Below, in pieces: positions 38,164 through 47,985 of a stretch of 64,000 nucleotides of DNA. Numbering within the stretch: position 1 is the stretch's first letter; each line of letters starts with the position of its first letter. Below the pieces are notes generated by a model. The model ran no database searches and was not told where the DNA came from. It worked only from the letters and a program-made list of their open reading frames with translations. Both the position numbers and the translations under genes were made by a program. The stretch covers positions 58,504 to 122,503 of the forward strand of contig JAZDCY010000015.1 of the NCBI GenBank assembly GCA_036679645.1, given 5' to 3'. The DNA comes from Gemmatimonadota bacterium. GTDB lineage: Bacteria; Gemmatimonadota; Gemmatimonadetes; Gemmatimonadales; GWC2-71-9.

Positions 38164-39779
38164 TCAGAGGCGCGGTCGTCGTCGCGCTTGTGCTCTGGAC
38201 CGGTCACGCGGCGGCCCAGGTTTCGCTGCTGCCCACGCGACACGTCGGAGGAGGAGGCCCGGCGTGGATGACCGGGTGGAGTCCGCTGATGCCGGTTGCG
38301 GATCTCGAGCGGCAGCTCCCGCATGCCCCTCCGTTCACCGACATGGTCGCCGGCACGACGCCGCGCATTGGGCTCTTTTGGACCGCTGGAAACCCCGCCG
38401 GTCTCGTTCACAACACATCGGAAGCGCACGCGGAACTGGGGATCGGTTTCGGGCGTGAGGTTGGAGAGTACCGACGACCCCAGGACCCGGACGACGTTGC
38501 CCTGACGCGCCTCTCCGGGATCGCCTGGCGGCGCGTGGGCCGGGGAGCCGCGGCGGGCAGAATCGTCGCGGAGAGTCGGGACATCGGGTCCGCCCCGTAC
38601 GCCGCGCTAGTTGCTCCCTACGTGAGCGACCCGCTGGTCGTGACGGATACGACGCTCCCCGCCATGCGGCGTTTGGTCGCTCGACTCGAAGGTGCTATCG
38701 CTTGGGAGCAAAGATGGCTGAGCGTCGGACTGTCCGCTGGCGCGGATGTCTGGGATAACCGGACGAGTGAAGTGCGGTTCCCACGCCTTGGTCGCGCATC
38801 GAGACCTGGGGTGGCTGCGGGTGTCGGCCTACGTCTGCCCGTCCTTCACGTTCGACTAGCTGGACACGTGCGGTGGATTGGCGGGAACGAGACAGTGCTC
38901 CTCGCTGCCCAGCCGGACGGTGGTACAGTTTACCTCTTGGATGGCTATAGCGAACCGGATCCCCGTCGCGTGGTACCGCCCGGAGTGTTGTTTCGGAGGA
39001 TCGACCGCGATGCCCTCGCACTCGGCGGCGGCCTCGAAGGCAGACTCCTCGGGGTGCAGTGGGTCATGTTTGCTCAACGCGAACGGCGCACCGATGAGCA
39101 CCTGAGCGTACGCGATGAGGCCCCACCAACGGACCGCTGGCGCGCACGAGGATCGACCTACGGGCTGGCGGCACAAGGCACAGGGTTGAGGAGACGCCTG
39201 TTAGTGACGGCGTGGGTGCGGCATACGGGGCTTACGGGCGACGCAACCCGAGCGGACCTCAACGAAGCAGTGTTCTTCCACGCCGACGAGGATGTGACCC
39301 AAGGATCTCTCGAGCTGCGGTACGTCCCACGAAAGTTGCCCTGGCGTGTGACCGCAGCCTTCGTTGTCATTCGCGAGCGACGCATTCGGAGTGACTTTAT
39401 TGCCGACGTTCGTAGCGAGATCCGTTCTTGGGCCCCGGGGGGTAGGGTAGAGGTTTCACGCCGGTTCCGGTCGACTACCGTGAGTGTCGGCGTCGCGGCG
39501 TCCGGGTACATGCCTGTTGCGGTGATCCCGGATGCTTCCGCAATGGGGCCTGTCTACCGGACTCTTGTCGCTCAGGAGTTGGCACTGTATGCGCTTCGAG
39601 CAACATCGGTCGCCGCAACGGTCGGCGCGGGCTACCGCATTAGGCGTACCACGCTCGCGCTCGTCGCAATCGCCGCGCGCTTGTCGGAGCGAGGGAGGGA
39701 GGTGACCAATCTAGCCTTTGCTCCAACCGGTTCGCGCACGCAGTGGCGACTGTCATTTCGCGTGATTCTCGATCGCTGA
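38160..39779 (+). CDS. Outer-membrane beta-barrel protein (DUF6850-like)
   Basis: GTG overlapping TBDR stop; signal peptide; NPAGL motif, GEYRRPQDP; alternating beta-strand pattern. Confidence 0.62.
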   Translation: MIRGAVVVALVLWTGHAAAQVSLLPTRHVGGGGPAWMTGWSPLMPVADLERQLPHAPPFTDMVAGTTPRIGLFWTAGNPAGLVHNTSEAHAELGIGFGREVGEYRRPQDPDDVALTRLSGIAWRRVGRGAAAGRIVAESRDIGSAPYAALVAPYVSDPLVVTDTTLPAMRRLVARLEGAIAWEQRWLSVGLSAGADVWDNRTSEVRFPRLGRASRPGVAAGVGLRLPVLHVRLAGHVRWIGGNETVLLAAQPDGGTVYLLDGYSEPDPRRVVPPGVLFRRIDRDALALGGGLEGRLLGVQWVMFAQRERRTDEHLSVRDEAPPTDRWRARGSTYGLAAQGTGLRRRLLVTAWVRHTGLTGDATRADLNEAVFFHADEDVTQGSLELRYVPRKLPWRVTAAFVVIRERRIRSDFIADVRSEIRSWAPGGRVEVSRRFRSTTVSVGVAASGYMPVAVIPDASAMGPVYRTLVAQELALYALRATSVAATVGAGYRIRRTTLALVAIAARLSERGREVTNLAFAPTGSRTQWRLSFRVILDR

Positions 39780-39893
39780 CTTCCAAGAGAGAACGGAGGC
39801 GACGAGGAACAGCGACTAGCGACTTCCAGACTACGGATTCCGTGACTAGAGACTGAGTACGCATATCGCTCGCCAATCCCCGATCTCACATTG

Positions 39894-41165
39894 CTAGTCG
39901 TCTCGGATGACGCGCCCGCCTTTCATCACGAACTGTACGTCACGCAACGCGGAGATATCCATCGTCGGATCACCCTCGACCGCGATGAGATCCGCGAACA
40001 TCCCTTCTCGAATCGATCCGCGATCGTCCAATCCGAAAATCCGTGCGTTGCCGGATGTCGCCGCCATCGCCGCATCCGCGGCCGTCATCCCGTAGTCGAC
40101 CATCAGTTCCAACTCCCTCACATTGTCGCCGTGCGGAAACACACCCACGTCGCCGCCAAAACAGATTGTCACGCCCGCGGCCATCGCCCGCTGAAAACTC
40201 TCGCGCTTAGCGGTAATGCGCGCCGGCTCGGGATCGCGTTCCGGCCGCCAGCCGCCATACTGCATGATCGCGTGTCCCGCCGCGACCGTGGGGCAGAGCG
40301 CCACCCCGCGCGAGGCCATCAACTGGAACACTTCGTCCGTGCCGCCGTCGCCGTGCTCGATCGTTCTCACACCCGCAAGCGTCGCACGACGCATTCCCTC
40401 GGCGGATGCGGCGTGCGCCACGACGGAACGCCCGGAGCTGGTAGCGATCTCCACGATCAGCGCGAGTTCTTCCTGCGTGAACGTGGGGCGTGCCTCGCCA
40501 TTGGGGCCCCAGCGATAGTCCGCGTACACCTTGATCCAGTCCGCCCCGCGCCCAATTTGGTCGCGTACCACCCGAATCAGATCGTCATGTCCGTCCGCGG
40601 GCTCGGCGCCAAGGGGAAGCGACCACTCGGGCGCGCCTCTTGGTCCGTAGCTGCCGGTGGCGACGATTGCGCGGGTCACGACGAGCAGGCGCGGGCCCGG
40701 AATGATGCCGCGTGCGATCGCCCGCTTGAGACCCACGTCGGCGTAGCCCGCCCCTTCGGTGCCCAGATCCCTTTCGGTCGTGATGCCCGCCATGAGCGTG
40801 GCGCGGGCCGCCGCCGTAGCGCGCGCCACGCGCAGCGCCTCACCCTCGTACAACACCTGATCGTTCCATGGCGTCTCGTTGTACGGATGGAGCAACAGGT
40901 GTGAGTGGCCCTCGATGAGACCGGGCATGAGCGTGAGGCCGTCCAGCCGGATCTCTGTTGCACCGCTCGGAATACGCACCGACCCCACGGGCCCCGCCGC
41001 ACTGATCCGGTCGTCCTCGACCACGACTACCCAGTCGTCATGGAGATCCGCCGAGGTGCCATCGAACACGCGTGCGGGATGCAGCACGATGGTCTGTGCG
41101 TTCAGAGGCATAGCCAACCACGAGATGGCAGCCCCGACACACGCGAGCAGGAAACGTCTGGTCAT
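39894..41165 (-). CDS. Secreted amidohydrolase-family (Xaa-Pro dipeptidase-like) protein
   Basis: MPGLIEGHSH, RDLG, GADWIKVYAD, AHA, TIEHG, GGDVG metal-binding motifs; start 41165-41195 uncertain. Confidence 0.9.
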   Translation of the reverse strand: MTRRFLLACVGAAISWLAMPLNAQTIVLHPARVFDGTSADLHDDWVVVVEDDRISAAGPVGSVRIPSGATEIRLDGLTLMPGLIEGHSHLLLHPYNETPWNDQVLYEGEALRVARATAAARATLMAGITTERDLGTEGAGYADVGLKRAIARGIIPGPRLLVVTRAIVATGSYGPRGAPEWSLPLGAEPADGHDDLIRVVRDQIGRGADWIKVYADYRWGPNGEARPTFTQEELALIVEIATSSGRSVVAHAASAEGMRRATLAGVRTIEHGDGGTDEVFQLMASRGVALCPTVAAGHAIMQYGGWRPERDPEPARITAKRESFQRAMAAGVTICFGGDVGVFPHGDNVRELELMVDYGMTAADAAMAATSGNARIFGLDDRGSIREGMFADLIAVEGDPTMDISALRDVQFVMKGGRVIRDD

Positions 41166-41374
41166 AGTGCTGGTCATCGCAGGCTTGAGAGACACCGCAA
41201 GGTGCGCGCGTCCGCGTGCGTTCGCTACCCCGGGGTACCTTCCGGGATGGGGACTCGCGCAAGCACGTCCGGTAGGCCATCTTGGGTCCGACTCAACGTG
41301 GGAACGTCATGTGGCGTATTAGTGTTGAGACACGTGGCACCCGAGTCACGACAACCGAGCACCTGGAAGGCACC

Positions 41375-42406
41375 TTGAGAACGCTGCCGTTGCTCACCGC
41401 TGGTGCGGCACTGCTGAGCGCAACTTCGCTGCCGGCGCAGGAATCGACCCGCTATCAGAGCTTCGATCTGAGCCGGGCGATGATCCGGGACTTCACGGTC
41501 TACCAGCCATTCCGCGTTACCGGGACCGTGGCGCTGCGCGAGGCGTTGGCCGAGGGTACTCTGCGGCCCGAGACACAGGTCGCCATTCTCGAACGGAACG
41601 GCTGGCACTTGGCGTTCGTCATGGCGCAACTCCTCTACCATCACGCCGCGCAGGGCAAACGCAACGGCGAGCCGTGGCTCGTCTCGTTCTGACCCGTCTG
41701 CAATACCGGGGTCGGTCTGACTCCTGTCGTCGATGGTCAGGAACTGCATCTCGAGTGGCGCGGCCTCTACGATGGCATCTCTATCCTGCGCGACGACGAG
41801 ACCGGTACGTTTTGGCATCACATTACTGGTAGAGGACTGTACGGGCCACTCGCGGGCAAGCGATTGGGTACACCGTCGAATCTGCTGCACACCACGGTCG
41901 AGGTGGCACTCGAGACGTATCCGGACATCGAGATCGCCATATCCGACCGACCGCTCGTGCGTGAGAACCGCTGGGCGCCGTTGCTGGGCCGCATTCCCGT
42001 GCTCGGCCGCGGCCTCCGTGCCACGATGGCACGGGAAGACGAACGCCTCCCCACCATGGAAATCGGCCTCGGGATCTGGACCGGCGATTCCACCGCACAG
42101 TTCTACACCATGGCGGCCATCAATGCGGCGGGCGATGCCCTGATCGATACGTTCGACGGGCGGCAGGTCGTCGTATACTTCGATCCGCGCTCGCGTTCGC
42201 TGCAGGCCGCATACGTCGATGCCACCTCCGCACGGTGGGAGGACGAAGTTCTCCTGTTGGACAACGGCTACGCGATGAGCGGAGGTTACTTTCTGGATGC
42301 GGACGGACGGCGTGTCGCGGTGGAGCGGCCGCTGCAGCAGTTTACGCGATGGTACGGGTGGGCGCTTACGTTTCCCGGGACGGAGATCTGGGAGGCAGAA
42401 GAATAG
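41375..42406 (+). CDS. DUF3179-like secreted selenoprotein (UxxC), copy 1
   Basis: ORFs 41282..41692 and 41864..42406 are in one frame separated only by TGA 41690-41692: WLVSF-U-PVCNTG; SECIS-like hairpin follows; start uncertain. Confidence 0.85.
41708..41724 (+). promoter_or_regulatory. Bacterial SECIS-like hairpin
   Basis: GGGGTC-GGTCT-GACTCC, 15 nt after UGA, G-containing apical loop. Confidence 0.7.
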
Positions 42407-42426
42407 GGGACACGAGGCAAGGTGAG

Positions 42427-42514
42427 TAAATGCAGATTACTGATTGCAGATTTCAGATTTCAGATCTGTCGATCAATCTGCAATCACTATTCTGCAATCT
42501 GCAATCTGCAATCA
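42427..42514. repeat. 7-nt-periodic palindromic repeat, family A
   Basis: Near-identical to the 21069 and 44681 copies. Confidence 0.88.
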
Positions 42515-42528
42515 GGAGGTTCATTATC

Positions 42529-43557
42529 GTGACTGGTCGAGTAATCCTATTTGCGCTGGTGTCGTGGCTCGTTCCAGTGGCTCTAACGGGGCAAGAAGCA
42601 GATCGCTGGGCCGATCTCGACACCACGCGCCTGTGGTTCAGCGACTCCACGATGTTCGTCCCCTTCCACGTCACCGAGACGATCCCGCTGCGGCAGGCGC
42701 ACGATGACGGAACGCTGCAGGACGACGACTACGTCGTGATCCTCGAGTGGAACGGCGGCCGGCTGGCGCTCTCGATGGCGCAGACCGCATACCACCACGT
42801 TGTGCAGGGCGAAATGAACGGTGAGCCGTGGATGGTATCGTTCTGAGTGGTCTGCAATACCGGGGTCAGTTTGACTCCCATCGTCAACGGAGAAGTGCAC
42901 CACTTCGAATCGCGCGGCCTGTACGATGGCCTGTCCGTCCTGTGGGATGAGGAAAGCGAGACTCTCTGGAATCATCTCACCGGTGACGCCATGACGGGTG
43001 ATCTCAAGGGCGAGACGCTCGGCCCGCCCCACAATCTCTGGCAGACCAGGGTAGAGGCGGCGCTAGATGCGTATCCCGGCATCGAGGTCGCGCTCTCCGA
43101 GCGACCCACCCGCCGCCGAGGACGGGCGCTGGATCCCAACGGCCGCAGGCGAGGACTGAGCCGCATGTTCCTCGGCACGATCGACCGGCAGGATATGCGG
43201 CGTGAGACAATGGACATTGGGATCGGCCTGTGGGCGACGGACAACGAGGTCGCAAAGTACTATCCCATGGAGACACTCGCCGAGGCCGACAATGCCATTA
43301 TTGATACATTCAACGGGCGCCGGGTGCTCGTGTACTACGCGCCCCGCGTCCGTGCCCTGCGTGCTATCTACAGCCCCGCATCGTCCGTGCGTTGGGAAGG
43401 CGACGACCTGCACCTGAGCACCGGTCACGTGCTGCGTAACGGTGTGATGTACGACGCCGTCGGCAATGCGGTGGAGATCGAGGCGCCGCTTCAGGTGTTT
43501 ACGAGATGGTACGGATTCTCCCTGACGTTTCCGGATACAGAGATCTGGAGACCATAA
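42529..43557 (+). CDS. DUF3179-like secreted selenoprotein (UxxC), copy 2
   Basis: AGGAGG RBS, GTG start, signal peptide; in-frame TGA 42844-42846: WMVSF-U-VVCNTG; contiguous ORF 42847..43557. Confidence 0.87.
42862..42878 (+). promoter_or_regulatory. Bacterial SECIS-like hairpin
   Basis: GGGGTCA-GTT-TGACTCC, 15 nt after UGA. Confidence 0.7.
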
Positions 43558-43583
43558 ACGGGTGAGTACAGGGCAAGGCAAGT

Positions 43584-43665
43584 AATTGCAGATTACTGAT
43601 TTCAGATTTCAGATTGCAGATCTGCACAGATCAATCTGCAATCAACTATTCTGCAATCTGCAATT
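43584..43665. repeat. 7-nt-periodic palindromic repeat, family A
   Basis: ATTGCAGATTACTGATTTCAGATTTCAGATTGCAG...CTGCAATCAACTATTCTGCAATCTGCAATT. Confidence 0.86.
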
Positions 43666-43689
43666 CTCTGTCTGCCAGGAGGGGTACGC

Positions 43690-44654
43690 GTGATGCATCG
43701 AGTAGTTCTCTCTGCAGTGATGTTCTCGGCGCTCACGCCGCTCTCCGTCGCGCACGCTCTCCAGGGCGCCCGATGGGAATCGTTCGATTCCTCGCGCGTC
43801 ATGATCCGCGACACGACATTCTGGATTCCCTTCCACGTTACGGAGACCACTCCGCTCCGACAGGCGATCGATGACGGCACGATCGGCAACGACACACGCA
43901 TTCTCATCGTGGAACGCGGCGGAAACCGCGTCGCGCTCGTGATGGATCAGGCGGCGTACCATCACGTGATTCAGGGTGAGATGAACGGGGAACCGTGGAT
44001 GGTATCGTTCTGAGTGGTCTGCAACACTGGAGTCAGTTTGACTCCTGTCATCGATGGCCAGGTGCACCACTTCGAGTCACCGGTGAGGCGGTGTTGGGAC
44101 CCCTGAAGGGGCGGACGCTGGGATCCATAGGCCCCGTGTGGCAGACGACCGCGGAGGCGGGTCTCGCGGACTATCCCGACATCGAGATCGCGATATCAGA
44201 TCGTCCCATCCGGGAGGGTGGGCGCCGCACGCTGTTCGATCGCGTACGCGGCCTCGGTCGCGGCTTTCGTCGCACCATGGGCAATGAAGATGCCCGTCGC
44301 CCAACCATGGATGTCGGCGTCGGTGTGTGGACGGAAGACCAAAGCCACGCAAAGTACTACTCGCTCGAAGACGTCCAGGTGGCGGGTGACGTCCTAATCG
44401 ACACGTTTGCCGGTCGGCGCGTGCTGGTCTACTTTGCGCCCGGAGCTCGTTCACTCATGGTGGCCTATTCGCCGGCGTCCTCGGCGAGCTGGGAAGGCGA
44501 TGACCTGCATCTCACCACGGGACATGTGTTGTCCCGTGGGGTGCTGAGGGACGCGCAAGGGAACCGCGTGGACTTGGATGCGCCGCTTCAGGTATTTACG
44601 AGATGGTACGGGTTTTCGCTTACGTTTCCCGAGACGGAGATCTGGAGACCATGA
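43690..44654 (+). pseudogene. DUF3179-like selenoprotein copy 3 with frameshifting deletion
   Basis: TGA 44011-44013 in SF-U-VVCNTG; after HHFES about 67 nt are missing relative to copy 2 and the frame shifts to ORF 43995..44654. Confidence 0.8.
44029..44045 (+). promoter_or_regulatory. Bacterial SECIS-like hairpin
   Basis: GGAGTCA-GTT-TGACTCC perfect stem, 15 nt after UGA. Confidence 0.72.
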
Positions 44655-44680
44655 ACAGGTTAGCACGAGATTAGGCGAGG

Positions 44681-44766
44681 AATTGCAGATTACTGATTGC
44701 AGGTTTCAGATTGAAGATCTGTCGATCAATCTGCAATCACTATTCTGCAATCTGCAATCTGCAATT
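44681..44766. repeat. 7-nt-periodic palindromic repeat, family A
   Basis: Near-identical to the 42427 copy. Confidence 0.88.
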
Positions 44767-44793
44767 TGCTGTCAACCAGTAGAGGCACGCCCA

Positions 44794-45849
44794 ATGTCCC
44801 GATCGTTTCTTTTCCCCCTGATCCTATTAACGACTCTCTCACCTCGCGCGGAGCGGCTTGACGCCCAGGAGCCAGCATCCTGGGGCGATAGTCTCGTCTT
44901 CCACACGTTCAGCATCGCCGCCATCGATCCCGCGACCGGTGAGTCCGGCGTGGCCGTGACGACGCGCGTCGCCTGCGTTGGCAATGGTGTGCCCTGGGTG
45001 CGGGCGGGTGTCGGGGCGGTGGCGACGCAAGCCTATACGCGCGTCGACTACGGGCCCGAGCTGCTGGAGATGATGGCCAACGGCATGGCGGCACCAGATG
45101 CGCTGCGCGAGGCGACCTCACGCGACGAGCGTGCTGCGTGGCGCCAGGTGGGCGTGATCAAGCTCGATGGCTCGAGTGCCCAGCACACAGGCGATTCGAC
45201 CAACGCGTATACCGGAGGTCGTTCGGGACCCAACTACGTGACGCAGGGGAACCTGCTCACGGGAGGCGATGTGCTAGAGGCGGTCGGCCGATCCTTCGAG
45301 TCGACAGAGGGCAGCGGCCGCCACCTGGGCGATCGGCTCATTGCGGCCATCGCGGCGGGGCAGGCCATTGGTGGCGACGCGCGCAAAGGCCGGTCGCAGT
45401 CGGCCGCGGTCGTGGTGGCGGATCCGCGCGAAGGCCGCTCCCGTCGGCCCGATCAGATCACCGTGAACATCAACGTGTGCGAGCACCCGACGCCCGTCGC
45501 CGAACTGCGCCGGCAATGGAACACGATCTCGCAGACGCTGGGATTTCGCCGACTCGAGCAATTCGGCGGTCGTGACGTGCTGCAGTTGCGCACCATGCTC
45601 GCCGCGTTGGGTCGCGTGGCGGCGTTGGGCGACCGGCCGTCCCGGGAGGCGTTCCTGTACGACGAGGAGCTCGTCGCAGGGGTCGAGGCTTTTCGTGAGG
45701 CGCAAGGGCTCTCGACAGCAGCGGTGGGATCGCCGCGCGGGCTGGTAGACGCCGAGACGATCGCTCACCTCTGGGCGGCGCTCGAGAGGGAAGGGAAAGC
45801 GGCGGGCGTCAGGCAACAATTGAGAAGATGGACTGCTGTGAGGCGGTAG
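44794..45849 (+). CDS. DUF1028 (Ntn-hydrolase) protein with C-terminal peptidoglycan-binding-like domain
   Basis: Signal peptide; HTFSIAA.DP.TGE.GVAV, GVGAVATQA, QGNLL, GGDARKG.SQSAA. Confidence 0.88.
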   Translation: MSRSFLFPLILLTTLSPRAERLDAQEPASWGDSLVFHTFSIAAIDPATGESGVAVTTRVACVGNGVPWVRAGVGAVATQAYTRVDYGPELLEMMANGMAAPDALREATSRDERAAWRQVGVIKLDGSSAQHTGDSTNAYTGGRSGPNYVTQGNLLTGGDVLEAVGRSFESTEGSGRHLGDRLIAAIAAGQAIGGDARKGRSQSAAVVVADPREGRSRRPDQITVNINVCEHPTPVAELRRQWNTISQTLGFRRLEQFGGRDVLQLRTMLAALGRVAALGDRPSREAFLYDEELVAGVEAFREAQGLSTAAVGSPRGLVDAETIAHLWAALEREGKAAGVRQQLRRWTAVRR

Positions 45850-45852
45850 AAA

Positions 45853-45947
45853 CGATGTGAGATTACTGATTGGAGATTAGTGATTGCAGATTTGCCCCGC
45901 CCCGCACAATCTGAAATCTGCAATCTAGAATCTGCAATCTGCAATCG
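45853..45947. repeat. 7-nt-periodic repeat (family A variant), direct repeat of 47912 copy
   Basis: GAGATTACTGATTGGAGATTAGTGATTGCAGATTTGCCCCGCCCC...AATCTG. Confidence 0.8.
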
Positions 45948-47910
45948 TTCTGGCTATGTGATCGGCGATGGCCATGATCGTAATCATCGGGTTCACCCCA
46001 CTCGAGGTCACGAACGCGCTTCCATCGGCTACGTAGAGTCCCTTCACATCGTGCGTCTCCCCCGTCTCCCCGATCACCGACGCCCGCGGATCGCTTCCCA
46101 TGGCAGCCGATGCCATCTGATGGAACGAGATGCACGACATGCGGAAGTTCCAATAACCGGTGCGGTCTGCGGCATCCATGAACTTCTCGAGCCAGTTGGG
46201 CTGATCGGTACGCGTGCGCGTGGGCGGCGTCTGTAACGTGTACAGCTCCTCCGCACCCGCCGCGGCCATCACCTGTGCCGCGGCCTTGATGCCTTCCCGC
46301 AGATTCTGCTGATCGTACCGCGACAGTTCGTAATGCACCCGTGGGCGGCCCGCCCGGTTCACGGCGACGCGTCCCGCATCACGATCCCGCGGCAGAATGC
46401 CGCAGATGCTCATGTTGCGGAGGCGCGAGATGTCATTACGCCACTGCTCTGCACCTTCCCACCCGAATGCACTCGCCGGCAGACCGAAGTGGATGGGTCC
46501 GGTCTCGAAACGGAATCCGTACGGTCCGTCGCGATACGCGAATTGCTCGGAGTAGCGGGTCTGGAGTGAGCCGCTCCACGGTTCGACGGAATCGGGGAAC
46601 CAGCCCGCGACCCCGGAGGCAGGGTGCAGATGCAGGTTGCGGCCGATATTGTGATTGGTTAGGCCGGATCGTTTGAGCAGAGCGGGCGTGTAGATCGCCC
46701 CGCACGCAGATACCACGATGGGTGCACGCACCGTCAACCGGTGTGCTCTTCCGTCGGATCCACGGACCGTTGCCGCCACACCGGTCGCGTGACCCGCCTT
46801 GACGATGACGCGTTCGGCTTCACAGCGGACGATCAGCCGAGCGCCCGCGTCCGCGGCAGACGACAGATACGTACGCACCGTGGAGTTCTTGGCCCCGTGA
46901 CGACAGCCGTAGCCACAGTAGCCGCACTCGAGTCCCTCGCGGCAGTCGGTCACGTTGCGCGGAATGGGTGCGACATGCCAACCGAGTTCCTTGCACCCGC
47001 GCTCGAGCAGCACGTCACGCTGTCCGGGCGTGGTCCACTCCGTCCCCACGTTGAGGCGTTGCAGCACGCGATTGGTCGACTCGGTGAATCGTTCGCTCGT
47101 GAAGAACGGCAGACCGGATCGCTCGGCCCACTCCTCGCGGATCGGGTCGGGGAGCGGGAACGACGTAGTCCAGTTGATGACCGTACCGCCACCCAGGCAG
47201 CTGCCTGCGAGAATCGGTAGCGACCCGCTCTGCGTCATGAGGGTTCCGCCATCCAGAAAGAGCGAGCGGAACATGTCGCCTTCGATCTGCGTCATGTCGC
47301 GCGAGCTGGGCGCCCCACCTTTCTCGAGCACTATGACGTCACGCCCAGCCTCGGCGAGCAGACCGGCCACGACGCCGCCCCCGGCGCCCGAGCCCACGAC
47401 TACCACGTCGCAGCTGAGCGTCGTGTCCTTCTCGATCGAGAGCGTAGCCAGCGGATGAATCGTGTCAGGCGGCTGCGGCAGCGGGCCCGGATACCCGACC
47501 GCATTCCAAACCGGGTGAGAGCCGCCTTCGGTGGGCCAGCAGGCGTAGGCGAAATGCACGAGCCGCTTGAGTGCCTGAAACCCCGCACGCTTCAATTCGA
47601 GACGTGAATGCGCCCATCCCCGGAGCACGTGTTCCCGGTCGACGGCCGTGCGCGCAGTGAAGCGGTGGAACCCGTCTCCCAGGACCATGCTGGCCAGGCG
47701 CGAGTCGAGCACGGTGAGCAGGGCGCGCAGGCGCATGCGGTCCTGCGGGTCGGGCAACTCCGCAATTAGCCGCTCGACGCGCTGGAGTGTTCCTGCCTCG
47801 AGTGCGCCGGTGGCGTAGAGTTGATGTGGATCGTCGCTACGGACAATCGATGGCAGCAGCGTGTGGCAGACCGCGTCGAGGACGGTGCGCTGGTGCGTGG
47901 AAAGCTCCAC
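45925..47910 (-). CDS. GMC-family oxidoreductase (long-chain alcohol oxidase-like)
   Basis: CDVVVVGSGAGGG FAD motif, LGGGTVINW, CGYCGYGC, HQMAS, SGVNPMITI; start approximate. Confidence 0.9.
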   Translation of the reverse strand: MELSTHQRTVLDAVCHTLLPSIVRSDDPHQLYATGALEAGTLQRVERLIAELPDPQDRMRLRALLTVLDSRLASMVLGDGFHRFTARTAVDREHVLRGWAHSRLELKRAGFQALKRLVHFAYACWPTEGGSHPVWNAVGYPGPLPQPPDTIHPLATLSIEKDTTLSCDVVVVGSGAGGGVVAGLLAEAGRDVIVLEKGGAPSSRDMTQIEGDMFRSLFLDGGTLMTQSGSLPILAGSCLGGGTVINWTTSFPLPDPIREEWAERSGLPFFTSERFTESTNRVLQRLNVGTEWTTPGQRDVLLERGCKELGWHVAPIPRNVTDCREGLECGYCGYGCRHGAKNSTVRTYLSSAADAGARLIVRCEAERVIVKAGHATGVAATVRGSDGRAHRLTVRAPIVVSACGAIYTPALLKRSGLTNHNIGRNLHLHPASGVAGWFPDSVEPWSGSLQTRYSEQFAYRDGPYGFRFETGPIHFGLPASAFGWEGAEQWRNDISRLRNMSICGILPRDRDAGRVAVNRAGRPRVHYELSRYDQQNLREGIKAAAQVMAAAGAEELYTLQTPPTRTRTDQPNWLEKFMDAADRTGYWNFRMSCISFHQMASAAMGSDPRASVIGETGETHDVKGLYVADGSAFVTSSGVNPMITIMAIADHIARTIADCRF

Positions 47911-47911
47911 G

Positions 47912-47985
47912 CGATTTGAGATTACTGATTGGAGATTGGTGATTGCAGATTTGCCCCGCCCCACCCAATCTCCAATCTCAAGTCG
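47912..47985. repeat. 7-nt-periodic repeat (family A variant)
   Basis: GAGATTACTGATTGGAGATTGGTGATTGCAGATTTGCCCCGCCCC...CAATCTCCAATCTC. Confidence 0.8.

Noticed and set aside
41282..43557. DUF3179-like copies 1 and 2 as nonsense pseudogenes or split genes
   Set aside because: Same TGA position in three diverged paralogs, xxC context and conserved hairpin favour Sec recoding; other genes here use TGA as a normal stop, so it is not a code reassignment
42430..44793. N-terminal extensions such as MQITDCRFQISDL.. in ORFs 42430 and 44578 (also 18343, 45925)
   Set aside because: Read-through of heptamer repeats; better starts with RBS or signal peptides lie downstream
15547..47985. Heptamer repeats as a CRISPR array
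   Set aside because: Copies are separated by whole genes, not 30-40 nt spacers; no cas genes seen
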